DNA of 64,000 nucleotides from Bispira polyomma (lineage: Eukaryota), in contig OZ287760.1 of assembly GCA_965649765.1 (NCBI GenBank), forward strand, positions 17,298,001-17,362,000, written 5' to 3'. Position numbers and translations under genes: made by a program. The first letter of the stretch is position 1. Each line of letters starts with the position of its first letter. A model generated the notes under the pieces. It made no database searches and was not told the origin of the DNA. It was given only the letters and a program-made list of their open reading frames with translations. This document shows positions 36,296-48,160 of the stretch, piece after piece.

Positions 36296-36446
36296 AAATC
36301 ATTGGTCTCTCGCCAATGTGGGTTTGAATCCCACACATTTTTTATATTGGAAAAGTTTGTCCGGTACTTCAGCACTGAGTTGCTTCAACGATAAATCTGG
36401 CCACCTTGATATGACCTCAGCTGTTAAAAGCGACGTCAAACCCAAC
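36296..36446 (+). mobile_element. Degenerate Meta-like SINE (family B)
   Basis: GGGTTTGAATCCC...GAAAAGTTTGTC...TAAATCTGGCCACCTTGATATGACCTCAGCTGTTAAAAGCGACGTCAAACCCAAC; tail shared with 45050-45176 and 47940-48160. Confidence 0.6.
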
Positions 36447-38175
36447 TGCATCGAAATTACAAAACTATAGGTGCCACTCTATGCAGTCTTGTGTAATTCA
36501 AAAGGACAATAAAAAAACTGACTAATTTTAAATGCACTGAATGTATACCTTTACAATTTTCCTAGTTTTGACGTACTGGTCGATACTCATTAAGGTACAC
36601 AGTAAGTATTCAATAGTTGTTGTTTTTTTTGTAATCCTGCCAACAAACCAACAAACAAACAGGCATAAACATAACCTCTATTTGGTAGAGATAATAGTAG
36701 TAGTCAGTCGTTTTCAATAATTATAAGATCCAAAAATCAATACTCCTCTCAAGAACAAAGAAAACATGTATACTTTAAAGTAGATCTCAGAAATATTTTC
36801 TCATCATTTCACTTGTTTAATCTTAACCTTAGATAGCCTTTGCTGATAAAATGCCCAAATATGTGTTGTTTTGATTTTGATATAAAATACCATGTCCCTA
36901 TTTAGTACACTACATAAGTCAATAGTCACAAAGATTGATTAATAACCCAAGTTAAGTATGTAGGCAGCTATCAAGAAAAACACGTGCTGGGATAAATTCT
37001 GTATCATCAGATATAGTCAAAGCTGTTTTTATTGACTGATGTAATAAATGTCAGGTGTTTTTTTGTTTTTTTGTTGTTGTCAATGACCGAGTAGAGATAT
37101 TAGCAGTCTGATTGTATATGATGAATACTTCAATTAACATTGAAGATCAGAAAAGATAACACTCATATATACATGTATAGAACAGTCACAGCAGTGAGCC
37201 TAAGTCTCCACCCTAACTTTTTAATTTTTGAAAACATAATGTGATCATTTTTAGAATTACCAATATTTGTTCAAACATTTTTTTTTCAGCAAATTTATCA
37301 GCAATAGTTCTTCTCCTGTCGAAAAGTTTGTCCTTTTTTTTGGCTTTTATAATATTAATATGTCACACAAGAAACCGATTATGATTTCAGACTAAAAATA
37401 CATAACATGTTGTGCAGTATATGTAAACTAATGAGATCTGACCATAGATAACAAGAAATAATGCTGTAGCATTTTTTTTTTTTCATTCAAATTGAACTAC
37501 TGGAGGAAAAACATGTTAATCATTCTTTAGTGAGTGGCTTTTTTCTTCTATTATTTTACACATATATATTCATTTTTCCCCACAGTCTCCTATAGTCCTT
37601 CTTACTTTAAGATCTACTGGTTTTTTTTATTAATGCCTTCAATAAATACAGACAAACTACATCACTGGGAAAAGATTCATAACCCAAATCTTTCTTTACA
37701 CACAAACAAAAACCACTTGAAACAATAATTCATCTCTTTCACAAAACTCAAAAAATTGATGAAAGGCTAACGACCACGTCTGAGGAGGGGGGGGAGGGGG
37801 AGGGATTTGAGGTGATGAAGTCACGTGTGCATATACATACATACTGCATATTATCCTTCAGATTTACCAACAGAAAATGTGTACTGCAAAGTATTTCAAT
37901 TGTATACTATGTATAGACTCCTTCCACCATGTGGTATAACATAACTAGTCTCTCAGCCAGTACACAACAGGCTCAGCCTAATTCCTGAGGGTGCTTTTTT
38001 TTTCTCCCAAGTATTCAATATATACAAGTACTCGTACTGCCATGACCTGTTTTCTTTTAAGAGAATAATTGTTTATTCTGGCTGTAAACTTGGTGATTTG
38101 ATAGTCAAAATAAATACATAATTAAATATTTATTTGACCGTGTTTATATTATTTTATTATAAATTACATATCTTT

Positions 38176-38181
<6 letters not shown>

Positions 38182-38244
<63 letters not shown>
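38182..38244. repeat. (TA)n microsatellite
   Basis: Uninterrupted TA run; shorter runs near 3510, 4147, 8138, 21290, 42765, 55756, 57754 and 63279. Confidence 0.95.
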
Positions 38245-38248
<4 letters not shown>

Positions 38249-39914
38249 TAAAAATGATAAAACATAATATAGCAGTATATCTGTCAGCCACTGTTTGTGA
38301 TGTTTTGAGGGGTGTTTTTTTGTAATTCCGTAAAAATACACCTTAAATGATCATTTACTTGAGAAAATACTTTTTCAGATGGACGACATAGTCTCTTAAT
38401 CTATACCATCACAGGCCTTGATTTAACTTTACTATCTGATGTATATAATCTCATATAGAGACCCTTGCCCCTTTTTTGCTCATATTTTGGGTTTCATCAG
38501 ATACAATTAGAATTAATTTCTAGTATTTTTGTATGTTTACTTCAACCTAATCAGACAATAAACCACAAGGACAGATTATTTCCTTGCAACATCTGTATTG
38601 ATGAAATGAGATATAATGTTAACCGGGGACAAGCTGTTGTGGTACCCATTTAATGTTTTCTTTTTTTCTGTTTCTCACAGGATAATAGTTTGTAGCAAAA
38701 TGCAGTGTTGGAGTATATAGCCTATATTTATTCTCTCTCAAATTGACTTACCTAATTAAGCTTACAGCATTCTAGTTAATATTTTAAACTCTATGAATTG
38801 GTTCTCAGCGTTGACAAGACTTTTTCAAAATTTTATATAATTAATTTTATTTAGTTCTTTTTTGAACTATTTCTTTTTTTTTTTTTTTTTTTTTGTGGTA
38901 GATTCTGAAAATTGGCATTCCACCTAAACTGTATGGCGAGAGAAATATTGTTATATAAAACCAAAACTCATGCTGTTTTTAATTTATTCTTAAGTAATTC
39001 ATTTTAACTCAGCAGTACATGAACTAAATAATTTAAAACCACATTTCCTTATGTACATCTTGCAATTCTCAATAAAATCAATAATATAAATTTATCTGAT
39101 GAATAGTATTACCTGTTCTTACGGCCAAGCAGGATAAAAGGATGTGTAATAGAGTATTATTTAAACCTACATGCAATGAACCAGCTGTTAAATTAAATAC
39201 ACATAAACTGCCTGGGATTTTCTAAAGCAATAAATGGGCTTATCTTCAAATGAATCAAATATCAGATCAAACATCAGGCATGTATTTATTGTTTTTAAGT
39301 TCCGAGAGATGCATTATGAATTGCTGCGACATCTGCAGCATATCCTAGAGTGATTTGTCTGGTAATTGAGTTATCTGATTTTAGAACTAGTTTATTAAAC
39401 ATAATAAGTTGAGATTGTCTACATTGATTACCCTTATTCAATACAGAAGTTTTTTTTACAAGATTATATCATATACATGTAGATGTATTCTATAAGATCA
39501 CATCAAAATATTTTTTTTTAAATAGATTTTACGGTACAGCACTAAAACAAACATAGCATGATTACTTCAAATAGTATAAAAATATAATATGAAATAAAAA
39601 TCACACATCTCTATTGACAAAAAGAGTTCAATTGGATACAATGTATTCTTTGTCTAATCAGTATTTTATTTGGATAAATACATCCAGTTGTTTCCATACA
39701 CAATGCATTGCTAGTAGGAACAAAATTAGCTTTCGTATTTCTCTAAATTCTGTTTATAGTGCACAATGACAGCATCACCATTTTTGTAAAGCATTCTATA
39801 TTATACCAGAAAAAACTGCTACATAGTTACATTTTTTTATAATGGTGTTCTCATACATGTCACACTCTCCCATTAAATATATATGTTTATATTTTGCGTA
39901 TCAATTTTGAGTTT

Positions 39915-40070
39915 GTAGTTGAGTTTTTTACGTCATGTTTTAGAGCTTAGGTCATATCAAGACGGTCATACAACAAACTTTCCTACACGAAGAAACAAAC
40001 GGGATTTGAACCCACATTGGTGAGAAGCCCATTGATTATATATGAGCACTTCTAACCACTTGGCTCATTG
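39915..40070 (-). mobile_element. Degenerate Meta-like SINE (family B), minus strand
   Basis: GCTTAGGTCATATCAAGACGGTCA...AAACTTTCC...GGGATTTGAACCCACATTGG is the reverse complement of the 36296-36446 pattern. Confidence 0.55.
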
Positions 40071-42425
40071 CTGTCACCTCCCTCTGCCTAGGCTTTGTGA
40101 ATAATATCCACAAAACTATTGTAGAAAAAGGTTTAAGCACTGATCTACCTAGACACAACATCCATAAGCATTTTCTCATGCAACTGATTTTGTCAAGCAT
40201 ATAGCTAAATTATCACTTTTTGTGGTCAGACAATTTCTATTTTTGGGCCAAAGCTCCCCCCACCCCTTACATATTATATATAGGTTAATAATTTACAGAC
40301 CTTCTCTATATTATTTTTTATTCAACATTATAACAGCATTTTACACATGCCTTTTTTTACCAAAACACTAAAATACATCACTCACCAAAAATGCATATCC
40401 ACCCAGAATATCAAATACTCTTTCACACACAAACAAAATGTTGTATTGGTATTAAAAAAGGTTTGATTTTTTTACAAATATTATTCATATTTTTTTTCCT
40501 CCATGAAAGTGGAGGATGGGCGAATCAGAATGCAACTTGTGCAATATAAAACAACACATAAATATAATTTTATCGTTGGTGAGGTTTGGTGGTGTTTTGT
40601 CAGAGGTCTGACTGGCAATACAGTGGAGGAGGCTTCTCTAGTGGTAAAGGTTTATCCCCCCGACACCCCCAAGCCTATAACTCTGTCATTTTCAGCAGTT
40701 TGATGTCAAAATTATTTTGCTATAAAACTAGAATTATTAGCAATTTTAAATAGGCCATAGAGAAAACAAAACCATGGTAATAAACTCTGTCACATTTTCT
40801 CTTCCTGGTTAGTTGGTTTGTAACAAGCAGGGGTGATACTCTCTGGTCCTGGTATACACACACTCTCTGTCCATGTGTCTAGTTGTGGACATGTGTGTGT
40901 AGCAGAATGCTCAAGTTTTAACAAGTGTAAAAGTATATAACACATTTGTAGAACAACATAAAAGTGTGTATGGCAAAATCAGGTTTAAAAGGCAAAGTTT
41001 GAGATAATACCGAATAAATATAGATAGTTTGCTGCATAACAATAGTTGTGTCAATTTTAGAGTGGTTATTTTTTATTTTTTTTTTTGGCAATATTTAGGT
41101 GGATATACACTGCTAACATTATTGCATATATGTATATTTATATATGTTGCAATATATTACTGAATACAAGGATTTTGTTTTATTTTCTTAGTAGAAAACT
41201 AGACAATTCAGTTATATTTGGTATCCTTATGGTCTACAGATTTGCCAAAATGATTTGTTGATAGATCTAAATATGTAGATACATTAACCAAATATAGTTT
41301 AAATTACATTTTTTTTTCTTGGTAGAAACTTGGACAATTCAGGTTGAATAGAATTATGGGGTTTTTTTGGTAGAAAATTTGACCATTTCGTTACATAGTT
41401 TTTTATCATCATTGTAGTGATTTTTCAGATGATTTTATATATATATATATATTATATATTCAACAATGATTTTTACCTGTCATGCAATTTAAAAATGCAT
41501 CAGATGGATATACAAATATTTGTTTTTTATTTAATCACAAAATAATTAGTTCTGCAGTCGGATAGGACTTATAAGAATATTTAATATACTGTTTAACCTA
41601 TAACATAAATATATTTATCCTAATGTTTTAAAGGTGATGTAACATAACAACTGAATAAAGAAATTATGTCAAAATCTTAAGTTGAAGAGACTTTCTTGTC
41701 TCAAGAGTTTTATGCTCCCTACCATATATCTTGTCTAGTTCTAAATAAATACGTATATAATTTAGAATATGTAATAACACACACACACACACACACACAT
41801 AATATATATATATATATAAATATATATATATATACATAGTCACAGATCAAGTGTGTATACTTTAAAAGTACTGTTCACATTTTTTTGGCCCTGCATACTT
41901 AAAATAAGAGAGTGTTTTAGAGATTTAGAAAAAAAAAGCACTGGCAAAATATTTATGTGCTTCACTAGACTATACATGCTTTTTAATTAAACCCCCAAAA
42001 AATGAAACCTTTATGAAGGTCTATATTTGCTAATTGTATGTTGCAGTAGATTAACAAACCAATATAAACTGGCTTGTGTGGTGTATAGAAAAGTATTTGT
42101 CGGATATATATGTACAAAATATAAATACTGGATTTGGATACCAGGTGTGACTGGCTTTTTTGTTGTTGTCAAAATGGAGGGTGGATATACCATCATTGCC
42201 AATGGAAAACTAAACTAAAACGAATTTAAACATTGATGTAGATGTGGGATTTAACCTGTTACATATGTGATATAAAATCATTTGCCATATGAGAAAGAAC
42301 CACTATGTTTCCATAACCAAATTCTTTGGTTTGCAACATCAGGTGTGTGCCAGTGAAGTTATTGCTTGTGTGTAGAGCCGAAATAAGAAATAAGCCAGTA
42401 TTGTTCCTTCTAGGACAAGGCTGCC

Positions 42426-42439
42426 TGCCTAGGTGGCGC
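42426..42439 (+). promoter_or_regulatory. Candidate CTCF site
   Basis: TGCCTAGGTGGCGC contains the CTAGGTGGCGC core of the CTCF consensus CCACYAGRKGGCGC. Confidence 0.4.
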
Positions 42440-42742
42440 CCTCGTACAGTACAAGCTTTTTTTGTTAGAAAATCAACAATATGTCTGCCTCATATTGGAT
42501 TGTTGAAGTTGGGCTTTTTCAGGGTAAGAAACTACCACGGTTAAGAGGCCTATACTGATTTTGTATATATAAACATTGTGGATCAATAGTGCAGTAACTA
42601 ATGTAAAATTTGCTACACACAATAAACATTTAGAAATGTTATTTTAAAAAGATACTGAAGTAAAATAGCTTAAAGGGCATTATTTTGGGGTTTAACATAT
42701 AAAACAGTATAGCTTAGTAGATTAAGATTGTTGGGATATTTT

Positions 42743-42786
<44 letters not shown>

Positions 42787-45049
42787 GTATATATGGTGTT
42801 GATTTTCTGTAAATTAAATTACTCTAATTGTACATACCTTCATATATATGTTTTTTTTAACTTTCATTTAAAATTAATTGATTTTAAACTTTCACATAAA
42901 CATGTATTTTTTCTTGTAAATTGATGCATGTAGTAGTATCTTACTGACTAGCACAGCAATAGTAGATTCTTTTTTAATTACAGTAAACTACACAAGTAAA
43001 CCAGTGTTATTTTGGTACAAAGCAAAAAAAGCTTTGGTGTAGTTGAAGGTGTCCTGGTAATTTGGCAAACTGTTTGTTGAGAGTCTGTCTGTAGAATATA
43101 TTTGGGGGTCAGTTGTTTCTGGTCAGTGGGTTGGTCATGTGAGTCACATGATGTGCAGGTGGTGCATTGCTTGTCTTGTATACACTATATATATATTTCA
43201 TTAAATTTGTGTTTTGCAGGCCTCAGTGAAGTGAATGTCTAGGAGGAAGAGTCACCAAGAAAGCAGGTATGTGCTGTATATGCTATCATTACAATTTATT
43301 TTTACCAACTAATTTTTTTACACAATGTGTGACTTAAAATAATATTTTTATATGTTTTATAGATATATGTGTATAGTCTGGTATAAAAACAGTTTTTCAA
43401 AAAAATAAAATAAAATCCTGTAATCTTGTGTTGACTGCTTTGTTAGATATTTTAGAAGTGTGTTTTTTTAATATTTGTTGCTTGTATATTTGTAATTTAT
43501 ATTTTGTATATGTTTTATACAAATTGTTTTGATATACACGTTTAATTACCTAATGAAGACAAAGAAATGTATAATTGCCTTACTAACGATAAAAACCAAT
43601 ATTCAAGTGGTATTTTTCAAAAGTTGTATGTATCCTTTTTACAAACTCTATGCCATCCAGGGAAGCCAATGGTGTTTTAAGTGGACTTGTTATGTCTTGG
43701 AGCAAGACAAGTATTGTTCTAGGGAAAAAAAGCATCCAGACATGCGAATTAAAATATAAGGCTTTGAATATCTTTCAGTTTTCATAAGTTGCTGGTGCAG
43801 CATCCAGTGGGTTGTATTTCTTTTCTCTTTTTACCTGTTCAGTGCTGTCATTTGTTGCATACAATTAAAAAGGTGTTCTTTGTTTATATCATTTTTATCA
43901 AGACTTAACACAGTGTGTATACTTTTGATGTGAATTTTAAATTTCATTTATTTTATTATTATGTGTTGCTGAAACTTGCTGTGTTACTGTACTCCAGATT
44001 TGGCCGATCCTATTTGAGTGAGAAATGTTGTTTTTTATATTTATTGTGTGAAAGGAAAACCCAAACAAGGTTATTGAACAGGATAACTAATAGTGAAAAA
44101 ACATGGGTGTTCTGTTATAAAAAGGTGGCTGTTATCGACCGTGAATTGGCCACACTTCAATACCTTGCCACTGATTGGTTGATATAATAATGTTTCAATA
44201 AAACAGATCATGTTTGTTTTTGCTTCAAATGATGATGACTTAGATAAGATGGTGTACATTTTTTATTTGTAATTGGTTTCTGCACTGTATGATCTATTGT
44301 TTGTAGGAAGTAAAGACCCAAAAATATGTAACAAGAAAAACTAATGAGCCTATCATTCAAATTGGTCAAAAACCAATCAACAATTAATTATATTCTCTAC
44401 TTGGGGGGTCTAGTCTGTATGTTAATATGCAAATCAGCATATTAAGGTATTATCCAAGACACCTCTATCCAGATAACATTTGTGTGAAGTTGTATCTGGA
44501 GATTTGCCACAGCCATAAAAAATGCATAGAATTTTCTAGGTTTCATTTTAATCAATTTAAATTCACTTTACCACTAGATAGTGCTCTTATATGTCATACT
44601 TATATTATACTATCATATAGAAAATGCATGTCACTGCAACCAAAAAATGACTGTGTGTTGGTAGAAAATGGTTAGATAAGTTGTCGTCTGGATTACTGAA
44701 ATTCTCTCATTTTTTTGTCTTCATGCAGATCGGCTGACGTATCACGGTTCATAGTCTAGAGTTTAAAGTTCCATGGTTCTGAATCTCTTTGTATCAGTTT
44801 AGCCAGCTATTTACTTGCTTTTCTAAGATTCAGTTGTTATACTTGATAAACAGTGTTCTTAACTCCAATGATAAGTTAAAAACCAATAAATGCTACTTTT
44901 CTCTCCTTCATGATGTATTCTCCACTTAAAACATATTAGAGACTGATAATGTAAAACATCTTCCCTGGATTCTAGGTGAAGTTTGAAACCCATCTTTGCT
45001 GAGTTACCTTTCGACACGAGCAGCTAATTCCCTCAAATCCTTTCTGTTT

Positions 45050-45176
45050 CGAACACTGAGTTCAAACTGGCCACACATCTCACATTTTCCTTCATATGGA
45101 AATGATTTCTCCACTGCATAACATGACCGCCATCATATGACCTAAGCTGATAAAAGCGACAGATGTAAAACCCAAC
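45050..45176 (+). mobile_element. Meta-like SINE remnant (family B)
   Basis: TGACCGCCATCATATGACCTAAGCTGATAAAAGCGAC...AAACCCAAC tail. Confidence 0.55.
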
Positions 45177-45769
45177 AATTATTAAAAATTGAGATCGTAG
45201 ATTGAATTATACTAGTGTACTTAGAAATAAATATTTGCCCTAGACTGATGCTTAACACTACAAATATAGATTTTTATACAAAGATGATTGTTGATACACT
45301 GATTAGCTAAAGCAGTAAATTCATATCAAAGACAAATATTTTAAAATGAAGCCAATAATATAGTTACAATTATATAGTTAGATATTGTTACAGTTTGTAC
45401 CTTACCTAAATATCAACTAAAGGTTTAATTATTGGCAGATTATATTAATTGATATGTCATGACTATTTTTATACATATCTTTTTGATGAACTATGACTTA
45501 CCTCATAATACAAGTTACCATAAATGTGAATCATGATATAACTAGTACATATATTACTGAACCAATATAAGCATTCATATTAACACAACTGCAAATATTT
45601 GTTGTATTTCTCCAAAATATTTTACTCATTGGTTACATAAAATCATGGGATTTATCTAACTACCGATCTAAATACTCAGTGTTGACTCTTTTATTAAACT
45701 AAGAATGAGATAAGAAGTTTAATGAATTAGATTGTTGCGAGTGAGACAAAATCTTTTCTTGTGAAGCAC

Positions 45770-45890
45770 CAACAAACTGTCATTTTATCAAATCTGTTTA
45801 AAATCCATGCCAGGATTTTCAAAGCTGTTGTCTCTCTCAACAGCCCTCTTATATACATTGCTACTCGTCTTTTCATGAGTAACCTCAAGA
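45770..45890 (-). mobile_element. Possible CR1 ORF2 C-terminal remnant
   Basis: RVAMYIRGLLRETTALKILAWILNRFDK loosely resembles RVV..WN.LP.EVV.A.S.N.FKNRLDK. Confidence 0.3.
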
Positions 45891-45959
45891 GAGGAAAGAG
45901 ACTTTCTGTTTCCTCTGTTAAACCTGATTTCTCAATCACTGCCCCTATGTTATGAAAAA

Positions 45960-46130
45960 AATCTATCCCTCACTTACCCCCTTAGCTTCCTTCATGTACA
46001 CCCCTACATCCTTGCTTACGATTGGGCTGTGTTTCTTGGGCTTCTCGAATGATTATTGATTCTGTAGTTGTACTTTAGAAAATGCCTCGTGATCAATAAG
46101 GTGCATTAAGAATGAAAAAATACAACACAA
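45960..46130 (+). mobile_element. L2-like LINE 3' UTR fragment
   Basis: TGTACACCCCTACATCCTT...GATTCTGTAGTTGTACTTTAGAAAATGCCTCGTGATCAATAAGGTGC, shared with 53660-53838. Confidence 0.65.
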
Positions 46131-46303
46131 TATCTGAAGGCCTTAATACCATCATTCCATTTGCATTATAGTAAAGTATATCAATTGGTTTCAACTTGTC
46201 TGTTCGACAATCCCTTTTTTTTGCAACAAGAAATCCTGGTGTAAGGCATCATTGATTGTCTGCTCAAACCCACTTCTTACATAACTTTCTACAATACTAA
46301 GAA

Positions 46304-46870
46304 GTGAGTTTAAGCAGACAGTGTAGACTCTTTCTATCACTCCAAATGACTTTACAATTTACACCCAGCTTGTGTTCTTCTAGTTGTCAACCAGATGTTC
46401 ACTCTTATTCTCCAAAGGGGGGCCGCAGTGGCCTAGTGGTTAGCAAGCGTTGCGCTTCACAATCACTTGGCTCTCACCTCTGGACGGCGTGAGTTTGACT
46501 CCTGTCCATGCCTATATGGGAAAGGTGATAGTTCCTTACTGTGGGCCGCTGGTTTCAGTGCAGAACCTTGATCAACTGTATGCAGTGTTACTTCCAGCAT
46601 TTCCAACTACTGTTCCCAATATAACCTAAGCAGGTACTAGAGTGGACGTTAAATATTCCAATTTAAACTTAGTCTCCAAGGGTAGCATCCTAGGCAAGCT
46701 GCCATATATACTCAAACGGTAACACCCATTGATACCCATGAATACATCTGGGTGGATGGGGAAAAATTGAATGAAGTTCCTTGTCCATAGGTTCAATCTT
46801 AAGGCCTGCAGCAATGTTTGATCCTCTGATCTAAAGGTGAATGCTCTAACTGCTGGACACTAAGACCACA
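46304..46870 (-). mobile_element. Old CORE-like SINE, split by a younger SINE insertion
   Basis: 46304-46403 is the reverse complement of the family tail (GACTTTACAATTTACACCCAGC...TTGTCAACCA). 46680-46870 is the reverse complement of the body and head (GATACCCATGAATACATCTGGGT...CCTTGTCCATAGG). Confidence 0.7.
46416..46667 (+). mobile_element. SINE family A, second copy
   Basis: Colinear with 31877-32105 plus a short extra internal segment; TSD CTTA(T/G)TCTCCAA at 46404-46415 and 46668-46679. Confidence 0.9.
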
Positions 46871-47939
46871 GTGCAGACAGTCATACTTGAGAGTATTCAC
46901 TTGTGCATTTAAGTTTTGGCATATTAATTGAATATCACACAAAATGTTGTTAGCAGATATTTGGTCCATAATATCTATACAGGTGTACACAAAGGGGCAT
47001 CTTGTACAACAACCCATAGGTAAATGGATTAAAGGTCCAAAAGATTATTTAAAGAGAAAGACAGAAAATACATTTGTGTTACTAACTTGAGGATGTTATT
47101 GTTGCATATATAGCACATGACACACATCTGATTGCTACATTGTATGCTATATTGTGCACATCATGCCCATTATATCGTCAATGTAATTATTGACAATTAC
47201 AGTTAAATGTGTACACTGTGTCTTTATCTGGCTCTTGCCACTTTAACAAGTCAAAAGATTTAATAAATTGTTCTATTGGATATACTTGTATGCAGTTTAG
47301 TGCTAATAAGATATTTTATTCATTGGTTGAAACTATTTGAACATATACGAATGCATAGCGTTATCAATCTAGGTGATGACTAGCAACTGGTGCTTTGCCT
47401 CAGACCTCTCTTATTGTAGCTTTTTATCTTTGCCCGAGTATGTACATACAAAGTTGGCAGTAAACCGGCGTAAGGTTTTTAGTTGAAAATCTTGGACCAA
47501 CTATTTTGTTCCACTATCCAGAAATTACCTTATTGTCATAATATTATACGTAGTTGTTGAAACTCAAACTACATTTAAATCTAGAAATTTAGGTCAAATG
47601 GCTAATATATAGTCACATATATGACTATCACCAAACCAGATTCTACCACTAAAATATGTTCTGTTTGGACGAGGTGATAGAAACTACTTGTATACTATGA
47701 CCTATACCTACTGAGTTTTTAGTCAGTCAAACTTTATCTGTGATGCATACTTATGCACAAATTTAATGTTTAGAAACACTGAATGTTATTTATATAGAGT
47801 TGGTATGGGAAATGTATAGTAAAGCTTCATGGAGTGCAGAATGATGACTGTCTTATTGTTCATCAGTTCGCCTAAGTAATGCCTCACTACTTTGTCAGGC
47901 AAACTATAGCAACAGGTTGCCATCTTTTGTTCCCATACA

Positions 47940-48160
47940 CTTGGCTACATGATCTAGTGGTTAGTTTGTTTCATGTCGTTTCTTCACCGGTATCACCAAA
48001 ATAGGTTCTATCCTGTCCATTCCTTCATGCTGGAAATTTTGTCAGGTACACATTATAGGCCAGTGGTTTACAGTGCATCAGTAGTAGTTTTACCCACCAT
48101 TAAATCTGGCCATCATGATACGTCCGTAGTTGTTGAAAGTGTCTAAATTCTACACCTAAA
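47940..48160 (+). mobile_element. Degenerate Meta-like SINE
   Basis: CTAGTGGTTAG head, GGTTCTATCC, GGAAATTTTGTCAGGTAC...CAGTGGTTT and TAAATCTGGCCATCATGATA...TTGTTGAAAGTG tail. Confidence 0.55.

Noticed and set aside
43235-43266. MSRRKS resembles the NuRD-binding MSRRKQ start of SALL/FOG/BCL11 proteins
   Set aside because: It lacks the Q..P residues, and no zinc-finger exons are seen downstream.
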